A DNA stretch of 64,000 bases from Naegleria gruberi (Eukaryota): NCBI GenBank assembly GCA_000004985.1, contig GG738879.1; one strand, given 5' to 3'. The translations under genes were made by a program, and so were the position numbers. The notes beneath the pieces are model-generated. The model was not told the origin of the DNA. It was given only the letters and a program-made list of their open reading frames with translations, and did no database searches. Of this stretch, positions 10,092-21,511 are shown in pieces. Numbering within the stretch: the first letter of the stretch is position 1; each line of letters begins with the position of its first letter.

Positions 10092-11765
10092 ATGTTTCAA
10101 GATGATCATCTTTATGATACGAAGGTGATCATTGAATTGGATTCCAATTATAAATCACATCATTTACAATTTAAATATTCACTCTTTAATGAAGCACTAA
10201 AGGTTAACCATCCGATATTGTCCCACACCTTCTTTGGTAATGATTTTATTTCGCACTCGAATGTTCAAAGGCTTTTATCTTCATCATCAGAGGATTGGAG
10301 GTACATTCCGAATGCCATGTCATCTAATAGGGAATTTGTTTTACAAACTGTTCAGATTTATCCAAATTCTCTCGAGTTTGCTTCTTCCGAAATGAAACAA
10401 GAGAAGCAAGTTATTTTGAAGGCCATTGAAACTGAGTGGAAAGAGAAGGAATCTCGTCCAAGAAGAGAATCTACAGAATTTACGTTATCGAGAATGAGTG
10501 AAAGTTTTCTGGTTCTTAGAATGGCAAGTCTTCTGCTACATAACGACAGAGAATTCTGTTTGGATGCGAACAAGTATTGTAATTATGTACTTTCTGTATT
10601 AGAAGTTAATAGAGATTTGGTATTGGATTGTGTGAAAACAAATGGAAAATCACTTGCAAGTGCTTCACATTTTGAAAAAACATACTTGATGGATTTGGAG
10701 ATAGTTACGGAAGCTCTCAAAGAAAACTTATCTGCATTGGAAAATGTTTTTCATGAATCGATTATTTACAGGGATGGATTTATTGATAAATTGAGGGAAA
10801 TTTACAAGTATAGGGAGTTGGAGAATCGAGAAAATTTACTGAATGCTGTTAGAGAAAATGGATTCTTCTTAATGTTGGCCAATGACGATCTCAAGAACGA
10901 TAGAGAAATTGTACTGGCTGCTGTTGAGCAAAATGGATGGTCCATTCGATTTGCAAACAAAAGATTCACAAAAGATAAGGAAATTATCAAAGTAGCACTG
11001 GATAATGATTGGAAGTCTCCTGTCATCTTTAGGGATTACAGAGCTTTTATGTATGTTGACAAATCAATTATGAGTGATAAGGAATTCATCCTCGAAATTC
11101 TTCCAAAACATTCAATTCTAGCATATGTGGATAAGGAACTGCTACAAGATAGATCTTTCGTTTTAAAAGCTGCCCAATCAAACCCACTTTCCTTCAAGTT
11201 CTTTCCGAAATATTTTCAAAACGATAGAGAAATATTTATTGCAGCGCTTAATCACCCTCCTCAAAAGACAACTTATTATAATCAAATTATATGTTCCCAC
11301 AGAGGAGATTCACTTGTTTCGAATGAAATATTGGGTATGGTTAATGATAAGTTTCGATCAGATAAGGAATTGGTATTGTGTGCTTTGAAATTATCTGGAT
11401 ATAACTTGAAATATGCTAGCGAGTCTCTAAAGGAAGATGTAGAAATTATTGATGCAGCTCTTTCTCATTCACCCTTGTCAATAATGTATGCCGGTGATTC
11501 AATTTGTGGAAATGAGGATTTTATTTTACAAATTGTTAAGAAATATGGAGTACTACCAAGAAACTCTGAATACGATAGGAGTTTTGCCCTTAAAGCTGTG
11601 TCTGTGAATGGTCTAGCATTGAAATATTTCAAGGTTTGGAAAACAGACAAGGAAGTAATCATTAAGGCAGTTCAACAAAATTACAAAGCAATAGAATTTT
11701 CTCCTAGGTTTTGGGAAGATCCAGATGTGATAAGAGAGGCATTGCGGAATTTCTATTCGAAATAA
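10092..11765 (+). CDS. DUF4116-repeat protein, about 557 aa.
   Basis: Real ATG is at 10092 (aaaaaaATGTTTCAAGATG); the track ORF starts upstream at a non-ATG codon. There are at least 8 tandem repeats of roughly 35 aa of the type D(R/K)E(I/F)VLxAVxxNGxxLxxAxxxLxxD+E(I/V)(I/V)xxA(L/V). Confidence 0.7.
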   Translation: MFQDDHLYDTKVIIELDSNYKSHHLQFKYSLFNEALKVNHPILSHTFFGNDFISHSNVQRLLSSSSEDWRYIPNAMSSNREFVLQTVQIYPNSLEFASSEMKQEKQVILKAIETEWKEKESRPRRESTEFTLSRMSESFLVLRMASLLLHNDREFCLDANKYCNYVLSVLEVNRDLVLDCVKTNGKSLASASHFEKTYLMDLEIVTEALKENLSALENVFHESIIYRDGFIDKLREIYKYRELENRENLLNAVRENGFFLMLANDDLKNDREIVLAAVEQNGWSIRFANKRFTKDKEIIKVALDNDWKSPVIFRDYRAFMYVDKSIMSDKEFILEILPKHSILAYVDKELLQDRSFVLKAAQSNPLSFKFFPKYFQNDREIFIAALNHPPQKTTYYNQIICSHRGDSLVSNEILGMVNDKFRSDKELVLCALKLSGYNLKYASESLKEDVEIIDAALSHSPLSIMYAGDSICGNEDFILQIVKKYGVLPRNSEYDRSFALKAVSVNGLALKYFKVWKTDKEVIIKAVQQNYKAIEFSPRFWEDPDVIREALRNFYSK

Positions 11766-11808
11766 TCACAACCTCAATCCATGAACCCATCCAGGATTCT
11801 TTATGAAT

Positions 11809-12479
11809 TTACTTGAATTTACTCACACACATGACACAAGTTTGTTTTTCAGTTGGCCTTGTTTCACACCATTTCAACCAACAGTTCTGATGAATGAACT
11901 TCCTACATGTCACACATTGAAGCAGCTCACTCGGATCATCTTTATATTACGAATGAATAATCTCTGAGATCGCCAGTAGTTGTACAACTTACCCATTTCT
12001 TGAAAACAAACAACACAGTCATCAACTTCATTCATCACTCCCTTAGTAGCAACAACAGAAAGTGATTGAAATTGTTCTACCAAACCATCATCGTCTTCTT
12101 CGTCCTCTTCTTCACTTTCATCCTCTTCCTCATCACTGTAATATTGTTGTCTATTTGATTCTTGATTTCTTCTTCTACTTGTTTGTAATCTCTCCATATA
12201 TTCTGAATAATCATTCATGACCGAATACTGTTCTCAATTCATATCATCACGATCAATTAATAATCAACCAACATATTTATTTAATATACAAATACTTACC
12301 ATATGTTTACATTGTCTTTTCCTGAATCGATGATCGGGACATGAACACGACACAGGATGACCATCACCACTGAATTGAATATAATACTCTTTACCTGAAT
12401 CGAGACTGTAAACTTGATAATATTGTGGATTTCTGCAAAGAATTTGGACACATGAAAAAGAAGACATTTTTTTGATCAT
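11809..12479 (-). CDS. SWIM zinc-finger protein with an acidic linker and a C-terminal C4HC3 (PHD/RING-variant) finger; three exons.
   Basis: Exons on the minus strand are 12479..12300, 12227..11993 and 11939..11809. Introns are 72 nt (GTAAGT...AACAG) and 53 nt (GTAAGT...TAAAG). The SWIM motif is CSCPDHRFRKRQCKHM. The spliced C-terminus reads CVVCFQEMDDPSELLQCVTCRKFIHQNCWLKWCETRPTEKQTCVMC. Alternative start ATG at 12467. Confidence 0.6.
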
Positions 12480-12578
12480 TGGAAATTGACAACAAACAAG
12501 AATTGTTGTAAATATTCAATTATAATTGTATTAAATTATAATATTAAATATTTAATTATTATTTAATTATTAAAAAAA

Positions 12579-13235
12579 ATGTCGACAGGTAAACTTGTGC
12601 TTTTCATTCTCTCTGGCATTTTCCTCTCTGGATTTGCCATGTATTTCAACATGACCGAACAAGATTGGACACAATTAGTACCAACCGTAATTTTATCACA
12701 AATTAATCATCAACAATATTCAACAATCGGATCAAACTCTGATCAATTATTATTATCGGGAAAATCCTTGTATGATTTCTCTGTTTTAAATGTTGATGGA
12801 GAGGAAGTTTCAATGAAGAATTATTCTGGAAAAGTCTTGTTGATTGTTAATACTGCTAGTTATTGTGGTTTTACTCCACAATTGGGATCTCTTCAGAGAT
12901 TGTATGAAAGATTTAAATCGAGAGGGTTTGAAGTATTGGCTTTCCCTTGTAATCAATTCGGAGCACAGGAGCCAGGAAATAAGCAAGAAGTTTGTTCATT
13001 TGCTGCTGAAAAGTACAATGTTTCGTTCACTATATTTGATAAGGTTAAAGTGAATGGAAAGGATGCTGTGCCATTATTTAAATTCTTGAAGAGTCAATCT
13101 AAAGGATTTTTAACTAGTGATGTAAAGTGGAATTTCACCAAGTTCCTCGTGGACAGAAGTGGAAAGGTTGTTGGAAGATATTCACCAATTACTGATCCAG
13201 AATCAATTGCACCAATTATTGAAAAATTGTTCTAA
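12579..13235 (+). CDS. Glutathione peroxidase (Cys-type, PHGPx-like) with an N-terminal signal/anchor, 218 aa.
   Basis: Matches VNTASYCGFT (active-site Cys), FPCNQFGAQEPG (catalytic Gln) and KWNFTKFLVDR (catalytic Trp). The N-terminus is hydrophobic (LVLFILSGIFLSGFAM). Confidence 0.85.
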   Translation: MSTGKLVLFILSGIFLSGFAMYFNMTEQDWTQLVPTVILSQINHQQYSTIGSNSDQLLLSGKSLYDFSVLNVDGEEVSMKNYSGKVLLIVNTASYCGFTPQLGSLQRLYERFKSRGFEVLAFPCNQFGAQEPGNKQEVCSFAAEKYNVSFTIFDKVKVNGKDAVPLFKFLKSQSKGFLTSDVKWNFTKFLVDRSGKVVGRYSPITDPESIAPIIEKLF

Positions 13236-13325
13236 AGATTTTCACATTATTTAATTTATTATTATTACTAAAAGAAATAAAATCCAGTGAATGGGTTTTA
13301 TTATAACAGATGCATCTATATAACA

Positions 13326-16300
13326 TTACATGGTTTTGAGGAGTGGAGAGGATGAAAGAGAACTCAATGAGGAAGAATATGTCGATTGATCAAAAATTGA
13401 ATCACTATGTTGTCTTGGAGTGAGTGGAAGTGGTGATTGGCCAGTAATAGTTGATCTTCTACCTGCATTTTGTTCAATATGATGTAACAAGCATGAAAAG
13501 AATTTTTCCTTATCTTGGAATGTACCAATACAGAGCTCTTGTTCTTCTGGTCTGAAAATAACATCATCGACCAAATTTTCATCCCTCGAAATAATTGGGA
13601 ATGGATTATAGTACATTAAATCATTTTTCACAACCAAACACTTTTTAGAAATCCAACAAGATCGCAAATTATCTGCCACTATAGCTGGGTCCATATCATC
13701 ATAAATGAATTCCCATAACCAAGCTACCATTGGATCGTTTTCCATCATTTGATTAACAGATAACAAATCATTTCCATTGCTTGGTTTCTTATAGAGTACG
13801 TAATCATTGTGAAGAATCTTTGTTCCAACAAATAAACTATTCAGCTCATTCTCATCCATGAGAGTTCTGACACAATCCAATGAAGGTAAAAATTCATAAG
13901 TTCCGTAAAGAATATTCTCCAATTCTGTTGAAATGTTTAACAACATTAATCTCATCACCGATTGTCTTATGAGTTGAATCTTGTTATCTTCCGAAACGTT
14001 GGTCGACATGATTTTAGCCAACTCCTCATCGTGACTCAAATGGAATTCCTCAAGAATTTCCTCTGGAATGAGTTCTGACAATTTCTTAGAGCCATCTTGC
14101 CTCTTTTCAACAACATGCTTCAGGGCCAAATATTGACTTCCAAAATCTGCAAAATCAGTAAATTGAATTGGCAATCCCAACAGGGTTTTCAAAATGACAT
14201 GTGTTGGGAAAAAGTCCTCAATAAATAGATATGGCTGAATTATTATAAAGGCCAATAATCTTCCCAAACCTTTGTAAACTTCAGTCATGTGTTTACAACC
14301 AACTCTTTCCACTATCAAATTTGGTAATTCATCAAATGGTTTTGGATGTAATTTGTAAGTATGCTTAGTTGTTTTCACAGTGGTAAAGAAAATTTTGAAT
14401 AGATCCTGAATGTGAATGGCCAATCTTCTGGAGGATGAAGAGCTAACTTGAACATTTCTCAATCGTTCAATAGAATCTGGTTTACAAAAATCAGCCAACA
14501 ATGGAATATAGCTGTCATAGTTCAAGACAGTCAATTTGGCTTCTCCCATTTTCAAAGATACTTCTCGAATGTACATGAATTTCTTATGGAGAGAAGTTCC
14601 TTTTCTGGATTGTAGAACTTCTTGATTTAAAAGTTCGAGAGCATGTTTAGATTTTGCTACGAGCTCTGTATCGTGACATGTTACTTGATGTGAAATATTG
14701 AGAACAAAGTTGAATCTCATTTCAGGAACCTTACTCGAATTACTATAAACTTGTTGAATGAAATTAATTTTAGCTTCCATGGATTCCATTTCTGCCAACT
14801 CCTTAAAATGATTCTGAATTATTTGAGCTACTTTAACTGGATTTCTCATTTCTAATACTTTCTTTGTTGTAATGGTATAGTAAAGGTCAGAGAAGTTGGA
14901 ATTACAATACTTTTGAGGAAGGATAGCTTCAGTTGGTGGTGAAGACATGTCCACTGAAATGGCAGATGAAAGAATGGAGGGAACAATTAGAATAGGTTTC
15001 TTTGAACTTTCTAATAATGACTTTCTCAAAATCAAATTCTTAATGTACAACTTTTTGTAACAACTATACATTACAGTAAAGGTGGTAATCAAATCAGTTC
15101 CAAACTGATTGGTATGAGTCCTATCAAGAACTAGATTTTGTAAAAATGTAACTCCAAGAATCTTTTGTTGATATTGTGAAATTGGTTTCGTTTTCTGATC
15201 GTGCAAGTTGTAGAGCCAAACTTCCATTCTTGCTTGCATTGAATTCCAACCAATCAGATAAATATAACCATTCTTACTGACTGGAATTTCAACATACTTG
15301 TTGGTGGATCCACTCTGAGAAGTGGAATTGCTGGAATCCTTGGCAGAGAGAGCAGTTGAATAACCTCTATCTCTTCTTGATTTTGAAGGTGATTTTCCAG
15401 CCAAATTGCTTGGTGATGAATTCAAATTCTGATCAAAACTCTCTGGAACCTGATGCAGGAAGAATTGATTAATATTGAAATGTACTCGAAAATCAGCTGG
15501 ATGTTTTGCCTTACCAGTCAAACTAAAGATTGAAATGTCATTGGAATGTGAAACGAAAAAGAATCTCGTTCTAATAGTGTCCTTTCTAAATGAAGTGGTA
15601 ACAACTTTTGTGCAGGGAGAATCAAATTCCTTCATGAAAATCAATTCACCTCCAGAAATTGTCCAAATCTTTACAAAACAATCATTAGAGGCAGTAATTA
15701 AAAGCATTTGATCTGTAATTGGCTCCTTGATATGATAATTCACCTTAGTATAGTCAACCTCTACAAATGTTGAAGCAGCACCACTTGTTACTGTGCTACT
15801 ACTGCCACCACCAGCACCACTACTGCTGTTACTATTCGCAACGGATGAACTCTGACTTGTCATTGAAGAGGTTGATTGTTGTGAAGCAGTAACATTCAAA
15901 GATGAAGCAGCCATACCAGAATTTCCACCACCACCACTACTGCTACTACTACTAATTAATAAACTATTCGTATGTGCACTACTCTTATTCAATTCATAAC
16001 ATTCCATCACTTCTTTAGAATTTAACAATCCAATATAATTAATTTGTCTGAAATGTCTTGGTGTATAATTTCTATTAAATGATTCATTAGGTATTAGAGC
16101 AGTGCCGACCCATTTTCCCAATTTCGAATATTGTTTCTGAATGGAATACATGTTAAATTCACCATTCCTCAAACCAACACAAACATTTCCAGCAATATTC
16201 ATATCATTTGAATTATTTGTACATTCAAATGCAAATATACAAGTAACAACTTGATTACACTTAATTTTAAACATTGGTTTCTCATTGTGAATATAAAATA

Positions 16301-16856
16301 AAGTCAACATCATGTCATCTGTTGAAACAAATAAAAATTCATTAAATAAATGTTGTGTAATTATAAGAGAAGGTAATTTTTCATACATGAAATCCAATTG
16401 AATTGATTTTGAAAAATCTTCAATTTCTGGTAAACTTGAATTTGATGTTAAACTTGATGAAGGTAAATCAATTTGAACACTTGATCTATTTTTTGAATGA
16501 TTTATCATCCATCTACATGATATTCCATCCATTCCTGATGTATAGATGGTATTGTTCTTATGTCGATTGTCAATAGAAATTGATGAAATTTTGTTAGTGT
16601 GTTTTTTGGATTTTGACATTTTAGTGAAAATATCGAAATAACTATTTGGTGAATAGTGTGCAGAGTCGGATGTTGTTTCTGATGAAGTAGGTGTTGATCC
16701 ATCAGTTTGGGTATTGTTATTTGATTCGTTTCGTTTAGTTTCTAATAATCCTTCATCACTTTCTATTGAATATCTCTTTGAATTCTTTTCATATTCTTCC
16801 ATTACATCGAGAACATCATCATCAGTAGCTGATGAAGTAAATATTCTTCTGATCAT
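13326..16856 (-). CDS. Large conserved-looking protein (1176 aa) with a possible beta-propeller/WD-like middle and an alpha-helical C-terminal half; function unknown.
   Basis: Single ORF with ATG at 16856. WD-like segments include ASNDCFVKIWTISGGELIF. There are G/S and S/T low-complexity inserts. The long non-repetitive C-terminal region is typical of trafficking and scaffold proteins. Confidence 0.6.
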   Translation of the reverse strand: MIRRIFTSSATDDDVLDVMEEYEKNSKRYSIESDEGLLETKRNESNNNTQTDGSTPTSSETTSDSAHYSPNSYFDIFTKMSKSKKHTNKISSISIDNRHKNNTIYTSGMDGISCRWMINHSKNRSSVQIDLPSSSLTSNSSLPEIEDFSKSIQLDFMYEKLPSLIITQHLFNEFLFVSTDDMMLTLFYIHNEKPMFKIKCNQVVTCIFAFECTNNSNDMNIAGNVCVGLRNGEFNMYSIQKQYSKLGKWVGTALIPNESFNRNYTPRHFRQINYIGLLNSKEVMECYELNKSSAHTNSLLISSSSSSGGGGNSGMAASSLNVTASQQSTSSMTSQSSSVANSNSSSGAGGGSSSTVTSGAASTFVEVDYTKVNYHIKEPITDQMLLITASNDCFVKIWTISGGELIFMKEFDSPCTKVVTTSFRKDTIRTRFFFVSHSNDISIFSLTGKAKHPADFRVHFNINQFFLHQVPESFDQNLNSSPSNLAGKSPSKSRRDRGYSTALSAKDSSNSTSQSGSTNKYVEIPVSKNGYIYLIGWNSMQARMEVWLYNLHDQKTKPISQYQQKILGVTFLQNLVLDRTHTNQFGTDLITTFTVMYSCYKKLYIKNLILRKSLLESSKKPILIVPSILSSAISVDMSSPPTEAILPQKYCNSNFSDLYYTITTKKVLEMRNPVKVAQIIQNHFKELAEMESMEAKINFIQQVYSNSSKVPEMRFNFVLNISHQVTCHDTELVAKSKHALELLNQEVLQSRKGTSLHKKFMYIREVSLKMGEAKLTVLNYDSYIPLLADFCKPDSIERLRNVQVSSSSSRRLAIHIQDLFKIFFTTVKTTKHTYKLHPKPFDELPNLIVERVGCKHMTEVYKGLGRLLAFIIIQPYLFIEDFFPTHVILKTLLGLPIQFTDFADFGSQYLALKHVVEKRQDGSKKLSELIPEEILEEFHLSHDEELAKIMSTNVSEDNKIQLIRQSVMRLMLLNISTELENILYGTYEFLPSLDCVRTLMDENELNSLFVGTKILHNDYVLYKKPSNGNDLLSVNQMMENDPMVAWLWEFIYDDMDPAIVADNLRSCWISKKCLVVKNDLMYYNPFPIISRDENLVDDVIFRPEEQELCIGTFQDKEKFFSCLLHHIEQNAGRRSTITGQSPLPLTPRQHSDSIFDQSTYSSSLSSLSSSPLLKTM

Positions 16857-17424
16857 TTTTTAAACAAAATAATTATTCGAAACTACTTGAAAGATGAAGA
16901 TAATAACAAGTAGACGAAATTTGAATAGCGAGAGCAGCAAGCCGAATAGCCCTTTGATGACTTTTTTTTTACAGTAGTTTTATTCTATTCGAAAGGTGAA
17001 GGCAGACCTGACGACAAGCTCATACTCCTCAAATTTAGAAAGTGTATATTAGCATTTTACAATGTGATATTCGGTGTTTGTTCTCATTGTATTATTGAGA
17101 AATCTTGTGCCTCTTAAATGGGCGCCAATTGTTATTAGAAACGAAATACGAAATTTAAAATAAAATCTTTTTGAATTACAAGTTTCAATTTTTACAAACA
17201 AACAATACATTTTCAACAATAATCAACACGTTATGTATCATTGTAAAGTGTTAAATTTGTAAAATTAGAAAATTTCATACACCTCAAAAAGGCCTCGATC
17301 AAATATTTCCAAATTTGTATTCAATCCAAAATTAGTCCCACATTTAAAAACAATCACTTTTTATTGAAAACACTCAAAAAAAAACAACTTTACACCTCTT
17401 CCATTTAACTACCAACATACAAAA

Positions 17425-18247
17425 ATGCTCAGATTACGAGTTGCCTTTAAAAATCATCGTTTAATTGTTCCAATTCAAAACCCAAAGATTTTGATCAGTG
17501 ATTTGATTAAAGACTTGGAAGTCAAGTTTTCCTCACACTTACTTTCCGAATATCAATTGAATAATAAGGAAGAGAAGGAGAAACATATCAAGATTTATGA
17601 TTTAATAACTGAACCTCATCAACAACAACAACAACATCAACACAATGGTTTGGATCTTTCAAAGGAATATTTGTTTAGTAAGGAAGATATTGTTGAGAAT
17701 GTAATGAGAGATGGTGATTATGTGAGAGCTGTTGATTTGAATTCTTGGATTGATTATCAAGGTTTGTTTTCTTCAATAATTTTAAACTAAATTCAATTAA
17801 ATATGAATGATCACTTTCTAATAATAATCATTTCAATGACGTGATGAAATAGTTTCTCACTTTTGTGATAGAAAGAGAGCTTGGATTCATCTTGAAAAAG
17901 ATAACATTTTTGGTGAGATTGGATACCACAAGAAGAATAAGGTCTATTGTTTGTTCGGATCTAATTCACAAAAACAATATTTTGAATTTTCAATTGAAGA
18001 TTTAAAGGCAATGAGTGAAAAGAAATCTCATGAAATTGGAATTGCCAAAGATTTCAGAGGCCTGTGGTATGTGTGTGCCAAGTTTGAATTACCAACAAGT
18101 GATGAACTCAAAGATGATAAGAAAATGTTGTGTGAAATGAGTATTCACTTAAAACCAAGCTCTGAAGAAGAAAAGGTCTACATTCACCAAGTGAGTGTTC
18201 ATGAAAAGAATGGTCACTTGTTGAAGGGTCCTTCTAGGTTCTTTTAA
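17425..18247 (+). CDS. Hypothetical protein, two exons, about 243 aa.
   Basis: Exons are 17425..17761 and 17853..18247, with a 91-nt GTTTGT...AATAG intron; phase is consistent. It joins track ORFs 17425-17790 and 17951-18247. The 'M' at 17951 is a TTG. No recognisable domain. Confidence 0.55.
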
Positions 18248-18437
18248 TTCTTTTTTGTAAATAAATTGAGAAAATCTAAATTCTAGCTGATGAAATTTAA
18301 TCCTTTCAGAATTGGAAAATAAGCTGCTATTTCTGTACTTTCAGTTTTAGCAATTTTCAATTTACCCTTTTCTTTCAAAATTGGATAAAATTTTTCTTGT
18401 TGACCGAAAGTTCTTACAATTTCCAACATGAAAAAAA

Positions 18438-19647
18438 ATGAACTCAAAATCACGAGCAAAAGCTGCAGGAAATTATCAGAGCACAACGTTGACTTCGTTC
18501 GGACCTGCTAGAAAGATACAGGAAATTATTTCTCACATTCTGACCGATACAATGCTTTCCCCACTCGAAGATAAATTCAAATTGGAAGTTAGAGAATCTA
18601 ATAATTCAACACCACAGATTATTCCTTTCGGAAAGAGAGGAACCGTTTCGAACAAGAATCATATCAGTCGAGTGTTTTTTGAGCAACATGTGGTGTGGGA
18701 AAAATCAGTGCAGAATGATGCTGTGAGTGATGCTGCTTCGATGGCTCTATTGATCATGTTGAATAGTGGACAAATTACAATACCCACACATCCGAATACG
18801 ATTGTGGATGCTCATCAGGCAGAAGATCCAGTGGCACTCTCTGCATTTGTTAAACAATTTTTAATTGATGGATATTTGGTGATTGAGGCAAGTGCACTCA
18901 AGACGACTAGTGCAACATTCCACAAATCCATGTTCGAGTTGGGACGTTCTGTGAGGAATCATCTCACTACTAAGGTACCACAAATTGCTCATGTATTTTC
19001 TGATATGACTTTGAAGAGAGTATTGACTAGATTGGTCGGTATTGATTATAGAACTTTGGATACTACTCATATGCATTTATCTCAGAGAGGAAGAGCTGAT
19101 CAACATTTTCATAAGGATGATTTCGAGGATTATGAACGTCCGTCGGTTGAACCTTCCAAACATTTGGATGAAATAATGGCCATGTATTATCCACAAGGTA
19201 GGTCAATAATTTTTATTGCAAATTATTAATTTGACTTGTTGAAAATTAGATACAATTTTGGAGATGGGACCAACAAGTATTAGAAGAGGAACTCAATACA
19301 CATGCTACTCTACCGATTATGTCCCAGATCGTTTTGTCTTTAAGGATCAACCAGATGAAAATGAAGTAAGATTGTGTTGCAAAGCAGGAAGTATCGTACT
19401 GTTACATTATGAAATTGTTCACAGAAGAATGAAAAATACTCTCACAGATAGATTCATGATGAAATTCCAATTTAGAAGAAGAAATGCCCCAACTGAAAAG
19501 TCATGGTGTTATGACATTGAGAAGGAAGAGTATGCAAACTTGCCAAGTCCCAATTATGAACAAGTTCCACTATTGGAAACAAACTTTGATCCGAGTGTAG
19601 AACAATATGCAAGAGAAATATGGAAATATTTACATTATCAGAAATAA
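18438..19647 (+). CDS. Phytanoyl-CoA dioxygenase (PhyH)-like Fe(II)/2-oxoglutarate oxygenase, two exons.
   Basis: Exons are 18438..19197 and 19250..19647, with a 52-nt GTAGGT...TTAG intron. The HxD motif is HFHKDDFED. The distal His is in LLHYEIVHRR. Basic residues lie in KFQFRRR. Confidence 0.65.
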
Positions 19648-20054
19648 TAACATTACTCATTCTTGGATTCTTATAAGAATTGGGGCAACCGTGGATTCGG
19701 ATTTAACTTTTGAGTTAATTGGGAAAACAAGCATAAATCAACAATGTATGGAGTAAAGAACGTGAACTAATGAACTAGTTACATATTATGCAAAATAATT
19801 ATTGTCGAATTTTCTTCGATTCAATAGCCTTATTTCAATCCCACTCAAGCAATCTATTTCAAATACTCATCCAATCTTTGTTGTATCCCATCAACCCACA
19901 TCATCGTACTTTCTCCATGGAATCTACCTAAAAAATACTAAGCACGTGTACATTCCCGACTTCAAGTTATTTACAGTAGTGACTGAAGAACCTACAACAA
20001 ATATTCTTTTCAATAAATAAAAACGTTAATCTACAGCACACATCTCCCCCGCTC

Positions 20055-21461
20055 ATGACAAGGAACTTTAAAAAAATGAGCCTATTCGGTAGTAAGCAAG
20101 CCTCAGCTGAGGTTGAAAATATCAAAGTGTTGCCGCCTCTCCCTCAAAAGACGAGGAGTCCTCTGAGTCCTGAAGATCCGGATACTGATGTTCATTTGAT
20201 TATTTGTATAGCAGGAATGGGTGCTAGAAAGGGACATTTTCTGAGTGATTCACTTCTCTCGCAATTCGGAAAGTGGTTTGATATCAACAAGTGCCAATCT
20301 GCAATGAGGGATACAATGCAAACAGCTATTCAAAATTATGGTACTGAACAGATAAAGAAGAAGCCTCCAAAGATTGTAGTAAAATCTATTGATTATTGTT
20401 CGGTAGTAAGAGAAGAGGGAGGTTATAATGACAAGTTGGGAAGAGTTTCTATGAAATCGGGAGCAGCTCTATTGAGAATGATTGCCAATGAAAGTATGAT
20501 TGATGTGCTAATGTATAATAGTGAAAAGATTAAGAAGCAAATTCTTAGTGTAGGTTTTTCTCTGAGTTTTCTTAAAATTAATTCCTTTTTATTACGCAAA
20601 CTGTCACAAATTAATACAATAATGATTGAAAATAGGAATCTGTGAAACAAATCAATGACATTTTTGAAGAAATGGAAGGAATACCATTGAAATCTATTTC
20701 CCTAGTGGGTCACTCTCTAGGATCTGTTGTAGCTTTTGATTTGCTTCATCAAAACCAAGAATCTGGAAAGACCTTGTTGAAGATGCAACCAAATTTTTGT
20801 TTCCTTGTTGGATCACCACTTGGATTATTCTTGACAATGGATTTCCAAACTGAAAAGAAGCAAATGGAATCTTTCAATTATGTGAACCCAGCTACAGGAA
20901 AGAGACAATTATTGAAGGAGGTGCCAATCTTTCACTTGTACCATCCATACGATCCTGTTGCTTATAGATTGGATCCTCACTTGGATCCTGCATTTTCAAA
21001 TTATGATCCATTTGAACGTAAGTTGAATTAATAGTTAAACAATTTCTCAATAATTTAAAGTGGAGTTCTTTGTAAGAAGATCAAAGGGTTCAAGTCTTCC
21101 TGTTGTACAAATAACCAATGCTGTAGGTTTTATAATTTTTAAAATTCTATAAGTGTATTAATTAATGTTCCAGTTCAATTCTGTTTTAACTACTTTAGGC
21201 GTAAACAAAAAACCAGATGAAAATTATAAGAGATTAGTTAGATTATATGAAATGTAAGTAACACTTATTGAGGGAATTGTCTTAATGATTTTCAACAACA
21301 GTGTGGATCATGCTCTTCCAGTCATGTCAGAAGTTGTTGTAAATGAATATTTGAATGCTGGTGATGTTCACTTGAAATATTGGTCGAACACTGAAGTGAA
21401 TTGTTTCATTCTGGAAAAGATTGGAGTTTTGAAAGTTGAGAAACAAAAACAATCAGCTTAA
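20055..21461 (+). CDS. DDHD-domain / GHSLGS serine lipase (PA-PLA1-like), four exons.
   Basis: Exons are 20055..20549, 20636..21017, 21199..21253 and 21302..21461. Donors are GTAGGT or GTAAGT. Phases were checked. Joining exon 2 directly to the exon at 21199 is the only in-frame solution. The lipase motif is LVGHSLGSVVAFDLL. The DDHD-like C-terminus is FHLYHPYDPVAYRLDP ... VDHALPV ... VHLKYWSNTEVNCFILEKI. Alternative start ATG at 20076. Confidence 0.6.
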
Positions 21462-21511
21462 TATAAAAATAATTTAAATTCTTGTATATTATTTACTTTG
21501 ATTCTAATAAT

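Noticed and set aside
19802-20020. Small ORFs in intergenic DNA (19802-20020, 18283-18486, 35633-35845, 52399-52638, 31628-31954, 8827-9036 and others).
   Set aside because: They are short, lack ATG or context, and are either antisense to strong genes or lie in AT-rich spacers with non-coding composition.
21061-21122. Candidate extra exon (TGGAGTTCTTTGTAAGAAGATC…) in the DDHD lipase gene.
   Set aside because: Including it forces the next exon (GCGTAAAC…) into a frame with an immediate TAA. Joining exon 2 directly to 21199 keeps the frame and the DDHD-like sequence.
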